From Clavelina lepadiformis (lineage: Eukaryota), in NCBI RefSeq assembly GCF_947623445.1, contig NC_135246.1, forward strand, positions 19,028,288 through 19,092,287: a stretch of DNA of 64,000 nucleotides. Reading direction: 5' to 3'. Positions 47,935 through 61,108 of the stretch are shown piece by piece. The position numbers and the translations under genes were made by a program. Within the stretch, counting starts at the first letter, position 1; the number at the start of each line of letters is the position of its first letter. The notes below the pieces were generated by a model. That model saw nothing but the letters and a program-made list of their open reading frames with translations. It was not told the origin of the DNA and searched no databases.

Positions 47935-48061
47935 GTCTAGTCTATATTCTATCTATTACCTTTCAATTCGTTTTTGTCAGGGTTTATAGTAAGTTGCAAC
48001 TTTGCATTATCTTTCGCGATTAAATTTTTTTGTTTATCAGAGTAATTATCAACTTGCTAAA

Positions 48062-49333
48062 ATGGAGTCGAACATTGAAATGATAATCAATTTGAACTCA
48101 CTTCTTGCTGACATCCCACACATTTCAAATATTTTGGGTTATGCTAATCAAGTGGCGGTTTATCGTTTTGATGAGGAAAGTGAAGAATGGGTAAGTCGTT
48201 TGCAACGTTTGGAAATCTTGAGAAAATTGCACCAATGTTATAACTTATTGGAATTACAACTATACGTTTTTTTTTTTGAATGTCCAACTGTGACTTTTCC
48301 TGCAAATAACTGTTATTGATTTTACAGTTTTTTACGTAACTAATTTTACAAAAATTACATCAATTATTATTATTAAAGATAAATTTCTATTTTTAAGGAA
48401 TACCTTGAAATGAAAGGAACATTATTTGTTTATTCACGGTAAGTCAAATCATTTTCTTTCTTTGTACATTTACTTAACCTTGTTCTGCTTGTTTAAAAAT
48501 TTGCATTGTATTTGTTATCAAGGTTTTGACGTGTACGTTTTTATGTTTTAACAGTTCTTATCCTTTGAAACCTGGTTTTGTAATCATCAACAAACTTTCT
48601 CCTAAAGACTTGACGGAACCCAACACGCCTAGTGCCGAGATGATCGCCGAACACTGTTTTTTAATTTGCAAATACTATGGATGTTAGTGCCCTTGTTATA
48701 GTTGCTTTTGTAGTAACCTGTGATATATTTTAATTTAATTTTAATTGATTATTTGCAGCAACTTACGGATTCATGTTCCAGGACTACTTCGACTGCATAA
48801 GCATTGGATATCTGTTGAAGGAGTAAGCTACAGTTTCTTAACATTTAAAGGCTACTGTAAATATATTTGTAAACATATAACAGAAAGTACACTCTAAATT
48901 TATGAAAGCTGAATCATATGAGCCCAGTATATAACCAGAATACAGTGAAGTAAAATGCAACATTCTGGATAGCATTATGCATCTTAACAGTTATTTCTAT
49001 TGTTTTTAGCAAAACTTGTGAGGAGAATTTTAAAATAAGCGGTAATTACAAAGTGCTATCTAATAATTAATTAACTAATATCTAATAATAATCTAACATT
49101 TCTATATATACTGATAATTCAATATATACATAACATATGCAGTAAGCAACAAGTATACAATATTATTCTTGAATTATAACTTACTGCACGTCATTATGCA
49201 ATAAATTCACTTTTTTCACAGCCTTTGGAAAGAGTTTGAGAATTCTCCGGACTATCCCAGTAGCAATTATTCATCATCGGAAAGCAGTGATGAAGAGGAG
49301 TTAAGCGATGTTGCTTCGGAGGAAAATATATAG
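48062..49333 (+). CDS. DCP1-like EVH1-domain protein paralogue P2, 5 exons, 157 aa. It mirrors P1.
   Basis: The exons are 48062-48190 (MESNIEMIINLNSLLADIPHISNILGYANQVAVYRFDEESEEW|gtaagt), 48398-48438 (EYLEMKGTLFVYS), 48555-48682, 48759-48822 (TYGFMFQDYFDCISIGYLLKE) and 49222-49333 (DLWKEFENSPDYPSSNYSSSESSDEEELSDVASEENI*). All introns are GT-AG, and the phases are conserved with P3 and P4. Confidence 0.75.
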
Positions 49334-50381
49334 CCTATTATAAGATAGCTGTGATCATTTATTTTTTTAATAAAATATTTTTATCAACATACAGGTTCTA
49401 TCAGGTCGATAATAGTCGAAACAAAGTTTAACTTATATTTTCTTAACTTTCCTGGATTATTGTACTTTATTTATCAGGCGTGCGTGTTTATAAGTGCGTT
49501 TATAATTGCGTTATTATAAGTGACGTATTTTATGTTGATATAAATTTTAGTTGTTTATCGCTATTGAAATTTAATTAAAATCTTCATTTTTCATTCATTG
49601 AGATGTCTATCTATATTTGCTGCACATCTGTGAAGTTTGTCTTGAACGCGTTTTAGCGGCAAATACAAATATAATTCAATCGTGTTTGGTTTCTTGTGTA
49701 CGACGTATACGCGCTCAAAACGATATCGCAGACTGCATACATCATATTTTATATTCGCTTGTTATTTTAGAACTATTTCTCATTAACTGGATTCGCAAAT
49801 CGTCATCACTGGCTAAATGCAGTATGTAAATCATTAACTTCTGAAGCAATATGCCGGTACTCGTCTCCAGATCACAATTTGCAGATCGTAAAGAAATAGA
49901 AGACAACTTGCAAAGTCTATCAGTGATATCGGCTTTAAATTCTGATAAACTTGTGAATTTTCTTTCAAAGTTTTCGTAAGCAGGGAGTCTGTAAATGAGG
50001 AATATTTACAACATCACACCTCACCAGCAGCTTGCTTCGCAGAAATACAATTTATCTCACTTGTTTTGTTGACATTGTCTCATCAGTTTTTGAAAACGAT
50101 CTCGTTTGCTACCTTTCAATGGCGTTATAATAAAGAGGGTATAAGCTTATAATTTCTTGAACACAGCAAACTTTAAAGCTGCAGATATTATTGCACATAA
50201 ACGAGTCTGTAAAAAGACACAAAATAAGTTAAGTTTGTTGAAGTAACTTCCTTAAATGTCTGAGGATCCCAACGACAGTGGACCCGTATTCCCTTTTTCG
50301 ACCAACTGTGCCAGGACGACGCGCCCTGAATAAAAGAGCTTTGAATTGCAGAGGTATGTCTTGATCAAAGCTGAGATTTTA

Positions 50382-50726
50382 CAGGCTTGTCCATGGGACA
50401 TTTTTTTCTGTCCCATCCCATCCTATCCCATAGCAATTCATGCCTGTCCCATCCCATCCCATCCCAATGTCCCATCTCATTTAAAATTGGCAGGTTAGAA
50501 TGAAGCTATGACATTTTCGGGCAGATATTATTTTTTAGATTTACATTTTCGGATAGATATATTAAATTAAAATCGATTTCACCCACAAAATGGCTTCAAA
50601 CAATAACCTCTGTACTGGTTCCCATGTCCCATGGGAATTGCAATTCGTGCTGTTCCATCCCATCCCCTCCCATGGGACATTTCCCATGGGATTCCCGTGG
50701 GAATCCCATTCCCATGGACAAGCCTG
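50382..50726. mobile_element. MITE, 345 bp, with ~19-bp TIRs and an internal (CCCATCC)n microsatellite
   Basis: The TIRs are CAGGCTTGTCCATGGGACA... and ...TCCCATGGACAAGCCTG. The flanks are gagatttta / gagatttat, an imperfect 8-9-bp TSD. Internal cccatcccatcc runs and cccatggga palindromes are present. Confidence 0.5.
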
Positions 50727-52129
50727 GAGATTTATGACTTTCCCTAAAATTTTACAGTCCATTAGACTTTGCAACTTTGATAAATTTCCCTTTCGAAATT
50801 TATGAGATATTAACATATTTATTTCGAAATGTTGCTTACTACCTTCTATGTTGACCTCACTTTTATTATTCGCCTGTTAATATTTGGGGTCTGGCTGTCA
50901 AAATTTGTAGTTGCTGCTAGCTTTCGCGAGAGAAAAGATGGACCTTTTCTAATCACCGCAGTTGACACAAAAGGACATTTTTCTCTCTCGTGCTGGGCAG
51001 TTGTATGCTGCAACCTCGAACTGATCAACCTTCTCGCTTTCATGTCCCAGATTTTCTGCTGCGCGTAATAAGCATAAGATACAAAACAGCGGGAGCGCGA
51101 CAAGTCAACGTAACAAAAACTGAGCTGAGCGGTAAGTCTGGCGTTTTTCACAAGGTGTGCTTTGCACAAAATTAACATCATGCAAGGATTCAAAAGCCAA
51201 AGAATTTTTCTTTCAAGTCGTGAAAACCCGATTGTTCTACCACGGTAGTTTTCGAGCACTATGCAGTAAAGTATAACCAGGAGTGCGTCGCTGCAATACA
51301 CTTGTTCCTTCGACCGACATGGTGAGCATGTTAGAAATAGGGTTAAGGTTAAATTGTTTTGGACTGTCCTTTCACTTTAACGAAAAGTGTTAAAAACCAT
51401 GCAAAAAATCCTTTTCACGTCTTTACGCAATTAAGCGTTGGTTGGTATAATTATATGTGAATACTCTATACAAAAAAGGCGTTGACTTATGATAAAAAGT
51501 TCACAGTAATTAAGCTCACATTAACAGGAACAACTTTAAGAACCTACACACAACCCCATGCTCGAAGTGGAACTGATTTGATATAGGTAAATGTATTGTA
51601 TCAGGAACACGGAAAGAATTCAACAATTAGCTTTATATTAAGTATGGATAAAAGTAATTATGTATGGATAATAGTAATTTAATTAGGTTGTTGAATTGAA
51701 GCAGTTATTCAAAACATAACAATACCTAATATTTGCTTCGAGATAATACGTTTTGTAAAACTTTTCTCCGACAATTCAAAACAATAGTTTTACACCGGAG
51801 CAGTATTAGGCACTTCTAGTATGAAAATGTTTAGAGTTTATGTCTAACACATTTCGCATTGAAAGTAATTGCTGTAAGTTTCGACTCTTGCATTCATTTG
51901 CAGAGAAGTCTCATTGGTCTTCCAACAAACACTCTAACACCCTTTTAGAAGAACCCCTCCTTATCATAAATTGATAATTGGTCCAACTTTATCCTTCAGG
52001 TCCTGATTCCAGGCCTTTATCACATGATATCGTCACCCATTGTGTTGTTGTTAAGTCCGCGTTAATCATCTTCGCACTCGCTATCAGCGACACCTCCTCT
52101 TCTGCTTTTACATTTCTAAACAGTTTATG

Positions 52130-52490
52130 CTGAGTTGACATCAGACGACTCTGTAAATAAAGAAATTAACAAACTCGCAGCTTGATAACAATAGAAGGTT
52201 TCCTGCTGGTTTTATCTATTCACTGCGGGACGTTAATCAGTTTGCAACTTAGACTTCGGTTCAAGCATCTCTTTTTTCATCGTTTCCCTTCTTGTACCGT
52301 ATGAATTCATCAAGTTGCAAAATAATCATGCATTTGCGATTGAGAAAGGTGAGCGTTAAGATCTGCTTTTTCAACACATTTGTCTATTCATAGTAACTAC
52401 CAGCAATTTACTTCTGTGCTAAGTTACCTTGCATGATCCATTGCTTAGTATAGCGTAGAAAAACTTGACGCAATGAATGACTTCAGATTT
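52130..52490 (+). repeat. Partner of 13404-13760. It covers -580 to -220 relative to the P3 ATG.
   Basis: See the partner feature. Confidence 0.6.
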
Positions 52491-52707
52491 ATAGTAGATC
52501 GATCAGTCAAGTTTTGGTGCCTGATAGTAGTGAAATGTTGTCTGATGAGATGATGCTCTATAGCTTAGTCAACCATCTTACTTGAATTTGTATTTACCCA
52601 TAAACACATAAGGCCTTTTTTTACTTTCTTTAATTCACACGATTGCATTATTGCTCACAATTGACTTGTTCTTTATAGGTCAGTGTTAAATAGCAGCTTG
52701 GTACATA

Positions 52708-53949
52708 ATGGCGTTCGAAGGTGAAGTAGAAGTTAATTTGAAAGCACTTCTTCGCGAAGATCAAAGCGTTTCGGACATCCTTGATTCTGCAAATCCAGTT
52801 GCAGTTTATATTTTCAATGATGAAAGCAAAGAATGGGTATGTTGTTGGTATAAACTTAAGTAATCATTTCTAACTATGGTTTTAACTTAATCACTTATTT
52901 TAACTTTTCCGAGACTGCTAAATTATGCTGCAATTTTGTTCGATTCGTTTTGGTAGCTTGGATGATTGAGATTACAAAGTTACAACTTTTTAATAAGTTT
53001 TATGCCCTCCTTTGCTTCCGAGCACAAAAGATTCCCAATAAGATGTATTATTTAGTTCTACTACAATGGAATCTTATATTAAAATAAACTTTTTGTATTT
53101 TTAAGGAGAACATTGAAATGGAGGGAACGATATTCGTTCATAAACGGTAAGCCAAACTTATTAACTTACCTTATTGCTTAGTGTTCTTTAAATCTTGTTC
53201 CGTTTAATCAATATTTCGCATTATGCAGTAGTATATCCCGAGTACTTTAAGGATGTAGGGCACATAATTTTGCAATTTCTAATTTGACTTTTCAGTTGTG
53301 TGTTGCTGTAGGTTGTGAAATATTAAAAGTGTTTTTTGTCTGTTCTTTAATCTTGTTCTGTTTGTTCAGCATTCTACATAATACAGATAATTTTACCACA
53401 ATTTATGACATAAATTCTTTCAAGTTTTGACATTATGCATCGCCCTACATTTGGCTTCACCATCATGAACCAAGAGAGTTTGGATAATTGGAGCCAAACT
53501 CTCTATCCTGGTTTGGAGTTTCTTGAATACTCACCGTTCCTGGTGACCAGAAATACTAAATGTAAGTGCATTCAATGTGATCGATTATACCGTAGTAGTA
53601 GCCTAAGTTGAGAATGCATTGGACAATAGGATTTTATGTTTTATATGTTTCAGCAATGGGCTTCGGCTTGAAATTTGAAAACATGGTCGATTGCAGACGC
53701 ATGGGATATCTTCTAAACGAGTAAGTATTAGCTTCATTATAAAGATGCACATAAACTTATACATATTACTATGAAACACCAAGTGGTAACATTATGAACA
53801 AACGCTGATTTAATGATAAAAAAAATCAAAGCAAATATTACTGGGCAATATTTTTGCGATTTTTTTTACAGTCTTTGCAAATAGATAGAATGGACCATGA
53901 AGGCTCTCCCATTGAAGGACTAAATGAAATTGTTAAACTAAAGGATTAA
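52708..53949 (+). CDS. DCP1-like EVH1-domain protein paralogue P3, 5 exons. The terminal exon is ambiguous.
   Basis: The exons are 52708-52836 (MAFEGEVEVNLKALLREDQSVSDILDSANPVAVYIFNDESKEW|gtatgt), 53106-53146 (ENIEMEGTIFVHK), 53425-53561 (R FDIMHRPTFGFTIMNQESLDNWSQTLYPGLEFLEYSPFLVTRNTK) and 53654-53720 (SMGFGLKFENMVDCRRMGYLLN). The last exon is either 53872-53884 (DLCK*, stronger acceptor ttttttttacag) or 53889-53949 (EMDHEGSPIEGLNEIVKLKD*, acidic tail like other paralogues). P3 is the closest to the DCP1 consensus, with HGFTIVNRL matched by FGFTIMNQE. Confidence 0.65.
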
Positions 53950-55149
53950 ATTTTATGATTTTTTTTAATTAAAATGTTTTGTATTTATATTTTGTGATTT
54001 CCAAGTTCAGTGTTGTTTTATTGTTGGCTGTTTATTTAAAACTAGCAACTGATTAAAAATGTTGCCTTTTATATTAAGTTTGAATTTTTATGTTTTTCGT
54101 ATTTTGTACCCGTATATATATTTGTTTTTGGATTATGTTTTATATTAAACATAGAAATAAATAAATGTATTTTGTAAATTTTCTGCTGCATTTATACGCA
54201 TTTCGAAATATCAGACGATTTTATTGTCTCCAGCACAATGCAATTGTAAGCATAAAGTCGAGATGTTTTCAAAATCTTTTTAAATATCAATGTGTCACTT
54301 ATAAATGATGGGAACCATTTTTGCAGTTGGGAACAAGCATTTACGAAAGTAACCGCATGTAAAGGAAGTATATATTTCACAACTATTTTCACTATTATTC
54401 AGTTCGTATTAAAGCTAGACAACCTGCTTATATCGGGAAGATATATCCAGTGGTTTTCAGATTTTTAAATATATCAAATTCCAAATCTTTCATATGTGTG
54501 TCATCAAAAAAGACACTCTTTCGCTATCACAAAAGTATACCAATACCAAATATTGTTTTAATATTTCCTTCCAGTATTACATCGCTTTTAATTTTTAAAC
54601 ATGATGTTTAGATATCACATATTTCTATTCACTGCCACCACTAACTCATAGGTGTCATATTAGCGCATTGATTATGATCACGCATTATGCTTTTGGATGG
54701 TTTCTTATGTTTGCATCGATGGTGTGTTTTTGCGAAAACCTGCAACCTCAAGCAATCGTTGCGTTTTGAGCGTGTTAATTATTCCTATGTCTGTTGTGCA
54801 TGGTAAGTAAATTACAATTTGTTCCAAGTTTGAGTGAGCGACCGAACGGATGTTTTGGTACATCCTTGTTTTTATGTTCGCTTAAGTTGTGCCTCTCATA
54901 GTGTTTCAATTATTTTTGTTTCTGATTTTATGACGATTGCTCACCACAATTAAATCAAACAATTTCAGCCTAACGTAACGCTCAGGCCGTTACTCAAGAG
55001 TGTTCCTGGAAGTCTAAGGTGACAAAAACTGCACGTCACATATGCACTCATCGAACTCAAAAATCTAAACAATTTGCTTTAGCGGCTCGGTTTTACAGTA
55101 ATACCAAACTCCACATCAACAAATCCAAAGTGTGATTTGTTTTCTTAGA

Positions 55150-56310
55150 ATTAGATCATGGAAACATTTCGTTCAATGGTTGACACCCAGATCGACAAGC
55201 AACCTGCTATGTTTGATCACCATCAGTCCATTATTGTCTCGACTAGGGTCATTGTGTTATAAAACTTATAACAATGCTGTTAGTGACTCACAACACCTAA
55301 TAGTGCGATGATTTTAGCCAGAAAGGCGTTCACAAACACAAAACTGCGAAAGACATTTTTTATAAAACATTAAAAAGTTATTTTGCTTCATCATCACACT
55401 TGCAGGACACTATGTGAGAATTGTAATCATGCAGTATGTAAATCTGCACTCCAGCACCAAGCACTCTCGTATATTTTATTGCACTATACACTTATTTTTC
55501 TCTATATTATGTAGGCCTATATGTTTTCAATTGTATTCCACTAATAGATGTTCGCTGGCTTTAAATCACATTCTGTTATTGAGTGCGGGCAGCATGTAGT
55601 AATGCTGGTTAACTGTAATCATATTGACGAGGTTTCACAGAATTTTTAATACAATGTAAATCAATACAGTGTAAATCTTAGATACTGTGTAATTTTAACC
55701 ATAAAGAGTTCATAAACAAGAACCTGCGATACACGAACAACAATAAAGACGTAAAAACTTTTATGACCCCAAAATATTCGACTATTTATCACGCACATTG
55801 TTTGTTTCTTGAACTTCGTCGAAGCCAGGATACTCACCCAACTTGTACTAACGTCATAATAAGTTTGTGACATATTTCTTCTCAACAGATACGTTTTTGA
55901 AACATGGAAATGATTTAAGTTTATTTTTACAACCCGATTAAACAAAAAACGGATTCTTATTAACAATTGCAATGCGCATATTGCTCTTTTGAAAGTTGGT
56001 CGTTAGAATCAGCTCACATCGCTTGACAACGAGAACAACAAGCAACCTGCCATGTTTGACGATCAGACCATTGTGTTCTTGATTATTGCAATTGCTTTGA
56101 AAACATGCTTTCTGGAGATTTCCCAGAACTTTATATTGTAATGGTTGTAACCGATGAGGAGTCGCAAACAAGAAAATGTAACGAACGGAAAATCGAAAAC
56201 ATAAAATCGCTTATGGCTCCTAAAAATAGAGTTTGTGCCGGGAGCATGGACAAGTGGTTCTCCCTAAAAAGTCAAGTGCATAAGATGTATAAGTTTCATA
56301 ATGTGTAAGG
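55150..56310 (+). repeat. Inverted-duplication segment, the partner of 25190-25930. It has ~400 bp of extra internal sequence.
   Basis: See the partner feature. The order of sub-blocks is reversed, as expected for a mirror copy. Confidence 0.6.
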
Positions 56311-57509
56311 TGTTGTACTAAAATAATCAGATAATCGGTCTATCAACAATTCAAAACACATTGCAAAATGCACTGGCTACTGTGACGATAAGTATGTTTT
56401 GTAGTTCTACACTTTAGTGTATTTTAACATATTTGTGTTTTTAACGTTTTCAACTGTACATAATACATAGCTTGCATGTTTGCGAGGCACATTTCGCATT
56501 ATTCACTTCAGGTGGGTAAGTATGGGTTTGACGTTTTGCTTCTCGCTTTAATGTACTGATATAGCGCTGGTAACTTGCACAACTAAAAACTTACATTTCT
56601 TTTTAATCACGTGTTTAATTTTCCTTTGGAGTCATCATCGCGATGAACACGATTGTGACGAATCTCCTTCCCGCGCCTCAAGCCCGAGGCAAGGAGCGCG
56701 TTTTGTCACAAATCTTATTTAGGTTTTTGTACCTTGTTCTGGTTTTGATTTGCCTTGGAGTTAACTTCAGTGACGGCTATAACAATTGTGACAAGTGATC
56801 GAATCGAGGGATCCTGCAAATAAGGTGGTTGTACGAAAACTAAAAGAAACTTGCTTTTATTCTGATTATAAATCGAGGCATTTGGGAAGTTGTAGGTTTG
56901 GTTTTCAGAGACGAGCAGCAGCTATAAGAGTGGGGAGTTTTCTGGATAGAACACTTTAACGTGACACTACTTTAACATAAAAAAGTATTGTTAATATTAA
57001 AAATTATTAAAAGTAAATAAGTAAGTAAGTATTAAAAGTATTAAAAAGTATTCAAGTTATTGCTGAGAGATAGTAAAATTCAGTGCAAAAGTAGCTCCAT
57101 GAGCAAGTCGATAGAAATTTTACTGACAAAATAGTTCATCATATTCTACCTGGGCTTCTTAATATACAGAGGTGGGCAGTCGGTACTTTGAAAGTACCGT
57201 CGGTAATGGTAACGGCAAAAAATGTACCGACGGTTCCAGAATTCGGCAATATCTTGAAAAAGTAGTTTGATACTTTGTCGGTACTCGGTACCGGTACTTT
57301 TTGTATAAAAGATGCTGCTGCAAATGCAGTGTTTGCCACTATTATGTCCCTGTAAAGTTTAGTCCAGGTCAAAAAAAATGAGACGTTAATCGCTTGCAAA
57401 TTTTCTTTGACATTTTTAGATTAAAAAAGATCAACAGATGCTAAAATTGGTATTAAGGATTAATTAACATATATTTTTAAAAACATACTTGTCAAAATTT
57501 TGAAATTAT

Positions 57510-57740
57510 CTTTTGCATATTCAAGGTTGACATGCAAACAAGTCATATTGCTCAGACTAGTTATTTTTCTCACATTGTTTCCCCACCGGTTGTGTAAGAA
57601 CCAAACACTTCATTTTCATCTCATCCAATTCGCACTTACGTTCAGTGACTTATCTATTGATGCCAATCGTTGCATGTTGTTATCGAACTCGCACATAATT
57701 TCCTCTTGGTATCAATCTAAAACGCTGCTCGATTTGTACA
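57510..57740 (+). repeat. Family-2 repeat, third copy
   Basis: As above. Confidence 0.5.
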
Positions 57741-58758
57741 GTGTAAAAGATATTCGTTAGTTTTACGTGAAAATGTCTGTAATAATTTACAGTTGCGTAC
57801 GTTTTCTTAGTTTAACCCTGTTTTGAAGTTTACCTGATTTTCTAGTATTTTCATTTCCATGCGATTGCCGAAGTCCCACAACCAATGATTTGTTTGATAA
57901 TATCACGTGACCTTCCAGTAGTCACTTTGAATATATTTTTTCCAATTAAGGATGTTGTGTGCGTTCTGTCAAGTTGACCTAGGCTAGCTGTTGCTAGCAG
58001 GCAAGGGTCATGGGTTGTAAATGATACAATGCACGATATATAGTTATATATATATAGGCTAGAAGTATACTTTCTGCTGGTTATGATAACGCACGGGAAG
58101 CATCAGCTCAGCAAAATTTATTTGATACGCGTAATGGCCAACGTTGGAGTTTGTATGCTAGAGGGTTCGATTCTTGCCGTTGTTTAATTTCTTTCTTTTT
58201 GTTAAAATTTATTTTGAATTTAACATAGGCCTATAGTCATGAGCAGGGTTTTTTTTAAGGTTTGGTTTGGGTGACCGCTAAGTAGTTTTAAGAGACCGCA
58301 AGTGTGTCATTTAAATACCAAAAAAAGTAGTAGTAAGTTGCAAGTCCAAATTTTGGGAAACCGCTGGAGAAATTTGGGGGACCGTTTCGGTCCCTCAAAA
58401 CACCTTAAAAAAAAACACTGGTCATGAGAGATGAAAGTTTGGATCGTAGGTACCGGTGTCGTGCCAAATAGTGACCCCCATTTGTGACGTAAGAAATCGA
58501 TTCATTCGACACCGAATAAGCTCTATACACAAGTAGCCTACAGAACTTTTTGACAGAAGTAGTCCAACACCTGTGACCTGTATAGGGTATTTTTTTTGCT
58601 GCTGTGCTGTAGAATGACTAAATAAGTAAGTCTATTTAAGGGATCTGCTTTACTTTAACAAATTTCTTTTTGCAGTGTTTATGTATAAGATTGCTCGCGA
58701 TTAAAACACCAGCTTTACTGCATATACCTACAAAATAATTCTTCTAATTTTCTCTGAA

Positions 58759-61108
58759 ATGGAAATGAATGAAATTGTATTGAGAATACTTCGTCGTCAT
58801 AATTCATACATTTCACACATCTTAGATTCTTCCAAACAAGTTGAAGCTTATATGTGCAATATAAACGCAAACAGGGTATGTTGCTTGTGTATATTGTTGA
58901 ATTTTTCACACATTTCCCATTTTGTGGTTTAGTCTACTTTTAATTTTTCTACAAAGACCTGTTGTTACTTTAATAGCTTTCGTTTGTAATTATTCCACCA
59001 TTTATCAATCTATATTCTATAATCTATAGTATTGAAACAGATTCTAATTTTTTAGGGAGAATTCATCATAAGGGGAACGTTATTTGTTTATTCAAGGTAA
59101 GCCAAGCTCAATACCGTATTGTGTAACCTCATCTTATTTCACTGTTGGATTTTATATTCTGTTTTGCTTCTTAAACGTCTACAATAGCTTTTCTAAGCCT
59201 GGGTTCCTGACTCGCTCATTGTTGTACAGCTACGTTCCAGCCTACTATGGGTTCATAATATTGGACCCATTGCAACTGTGCAGCTTGTGTGAACCGGTTT
59301 GTTATTCGAGCGTAGAGGTCAACGAACGCGAAAGTGGTCTTCTAAAATACGCAAGATATGACTGTAGGTTCAAGTATATTAGTTAGTAATATCAATAAGC
59401 TTACGCAGAACGTTGAGCTACTTAAGATTATCTATTTGCAGGTCCGTTTTACGTTCATCTTTTAAACTTCGCCAGTGTGGAAGAATGTGACCGAATCGGA
59501 CAACTTCTAGTTGAGTAAGTTCTTGTATGTGTATATAGCGTATTCGGAGGGGGCATTGGGCCATGGCTCCCATCACTACCCCAAGTTTTTTGGGGTCCAT
59601 AGGCGTTTTTGCGTCTTAAGCTTCTTCGTTTATCGTATTTTTGAGACTCCTTTCGACTTTGACCGAAAAGCGTTGCAATTACAAATACACAAAGCTCCCT
59701 CTTAATTGCGTTCCCTTTTAGAAGAAACACACAGACCAAATGTTTGCAATAAAAGCCACAGAAGCAGGTATAAATATTTTATTAAGAAGGCGCGAAAAAG
59801 GTTTCGAACAACATTCGTTCTTTATCGAAGCTGGAATAAATTATAGGAGTTGAATTATCGATTTAAGTACTCCACAATGTTATATTAAAGTAAGAAGAGA
59901 ATAAAATAAGTAGATAAGAAATATGAGCCAACAACGTGCAGAAGTAAACGATAATGTCAGGAAAACAATGAGTCTGCAACGATTCGTGGAACATGGTAGT
60001 TAAACAAAACGGACATGCAAAGCAGTAAACCGCATGGTGCAGACATGTCGGAATATTGTGTTTGGGCTCTAGTAAATTTTTAGTCCCACATGTTTTACGG
60101 CGCCGCTGGCACGAAAATTTATTTATCGTTTGTTTCAAATCGCCATTGTTATCGCTTTGTCAGGGAGAAAAGTTATTTATAAAGGGTTTTTTTGCAGATA
60201 GCAACATTTCAGTTCCAGTACAGTGAAGTCGATCATAAAGCAGGAAGGGAAGTTTATTTTTCAGAATCAAAAAAGCAGAAAGTTTTGTTAGTTTCCGAAA
60301 CGACCAAGGTTGTAAGCGGCGATGTAACAGAAAAGAATCACAGTAACGTTCCCTGTTTTTGTAAAAAAAATACCAATGTTTGTCGGACGCAGAGCCGCCA
60401 TTTGACATTGCACGTGCCATTGTCACTCCTTTGTTAGATGACCGAAAGCGTTTTGTGATAAGTGTTTTTATAAAAAGACATTGTGTGCATATTTTGAGGT
60501 GACCTTGACTTTAGTAGAAATGACATATCGCGAGAGTAATTAGAAAACTACAATTTATTTCCAGGCGTTTTTAAGCGGTGTTTTGACGAAAAAATATAAT
60601 TTTTGCGCTCCACGAATTTTGGCGGAACGGACGTACGCGTGAGTTTTAAACCTAGTACTAAAACGTTTTGGTCCTCCATAAACGTCATCCAAAATACGCT
60701 ACTGTACATGGCTGTATGTAACTGTAGCCTGCATGAATCAGTTTCTATCAGCATATTTTTATGTAAAAAAAGGGTAGTAACCTTGAAACCAAATGCTCAA
60801 CTGAAAATGTTAACATAATTGGCAAAGCGAATTGCACCAATTAACTTTTGAATAATTGACATAAAGCATTAGATATAAGCACAGTAGCAAGCGTTTGTCT
60901 GCATCAGAAACACGGACTGGTAGTGGCAAAAAAACGACAAACTCTTCATTGCACTTAATCTTTTGTACGTTTGTGCAGTCTAATGCAAGATGAAGAGCAA
61001 GATGTCTATGAAAAACAAGATTTGGCATATCGAACACGGAATTTTAGGATCTATGAAGTACATAGCGATGATGAGTTCGAGTATGAATTACTACAACAAG
61101 TGGATTAA
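58759..61108 (+). CDS. DCP1-like EVH1-domain protein paralogue P4, 5 exons, 164 aa. It mirrors P5.
   Basis: The exons are 58759-58875 (MEMNEIVLRILRRHNSYISHILDSSKQVEAYMCNINANR|gtatgt), 59056-59096 (GEFIIRGTLFVYS), 59230-59363 (S YVPAYYGFIILDPLQLCSLCEPVCYSSVEVNERESGLLKYARYD), 59442-59514 (CPFYVHLLNFASVEECDRIGQLLVE) and terminal 60979-61108 (DLMQDEEQDVYEKQDLAYRTRNFRIYEVHSDDEFEYELLQQVD*). Intron 4 is ~1.46 kb. The ORF-track entry 59084-59386 is intron read-through into exon 3. Confidence 0.6.

Noticed and set aside
50846-51301. 151-aa minus-strand ORF
   Set aside because: It has no recognisable domain. It sits in AT-rich sequence between MITEs and shows no conservation with anything else in the window.
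57168-57300. CAGAGGTGGGCAGTCGGTACTTTGAAAGTACCGTCGG hairpin resembling the hAT-MITE TIR CAGGGGTGGGCA
   Set aside because: It is only a possible 5-prime terminus. No matching inverted terminus or TSD was found downstream. It is possibly a truncated MITE, which I left uncalled.
59084-59386. 100-aa ORF on the plus strand
   Set aside because: It begins inside P4 intron 2 and only becomes meaningful at P4 exon 3 (59230-59363). It is explained by the spliced P4 model.
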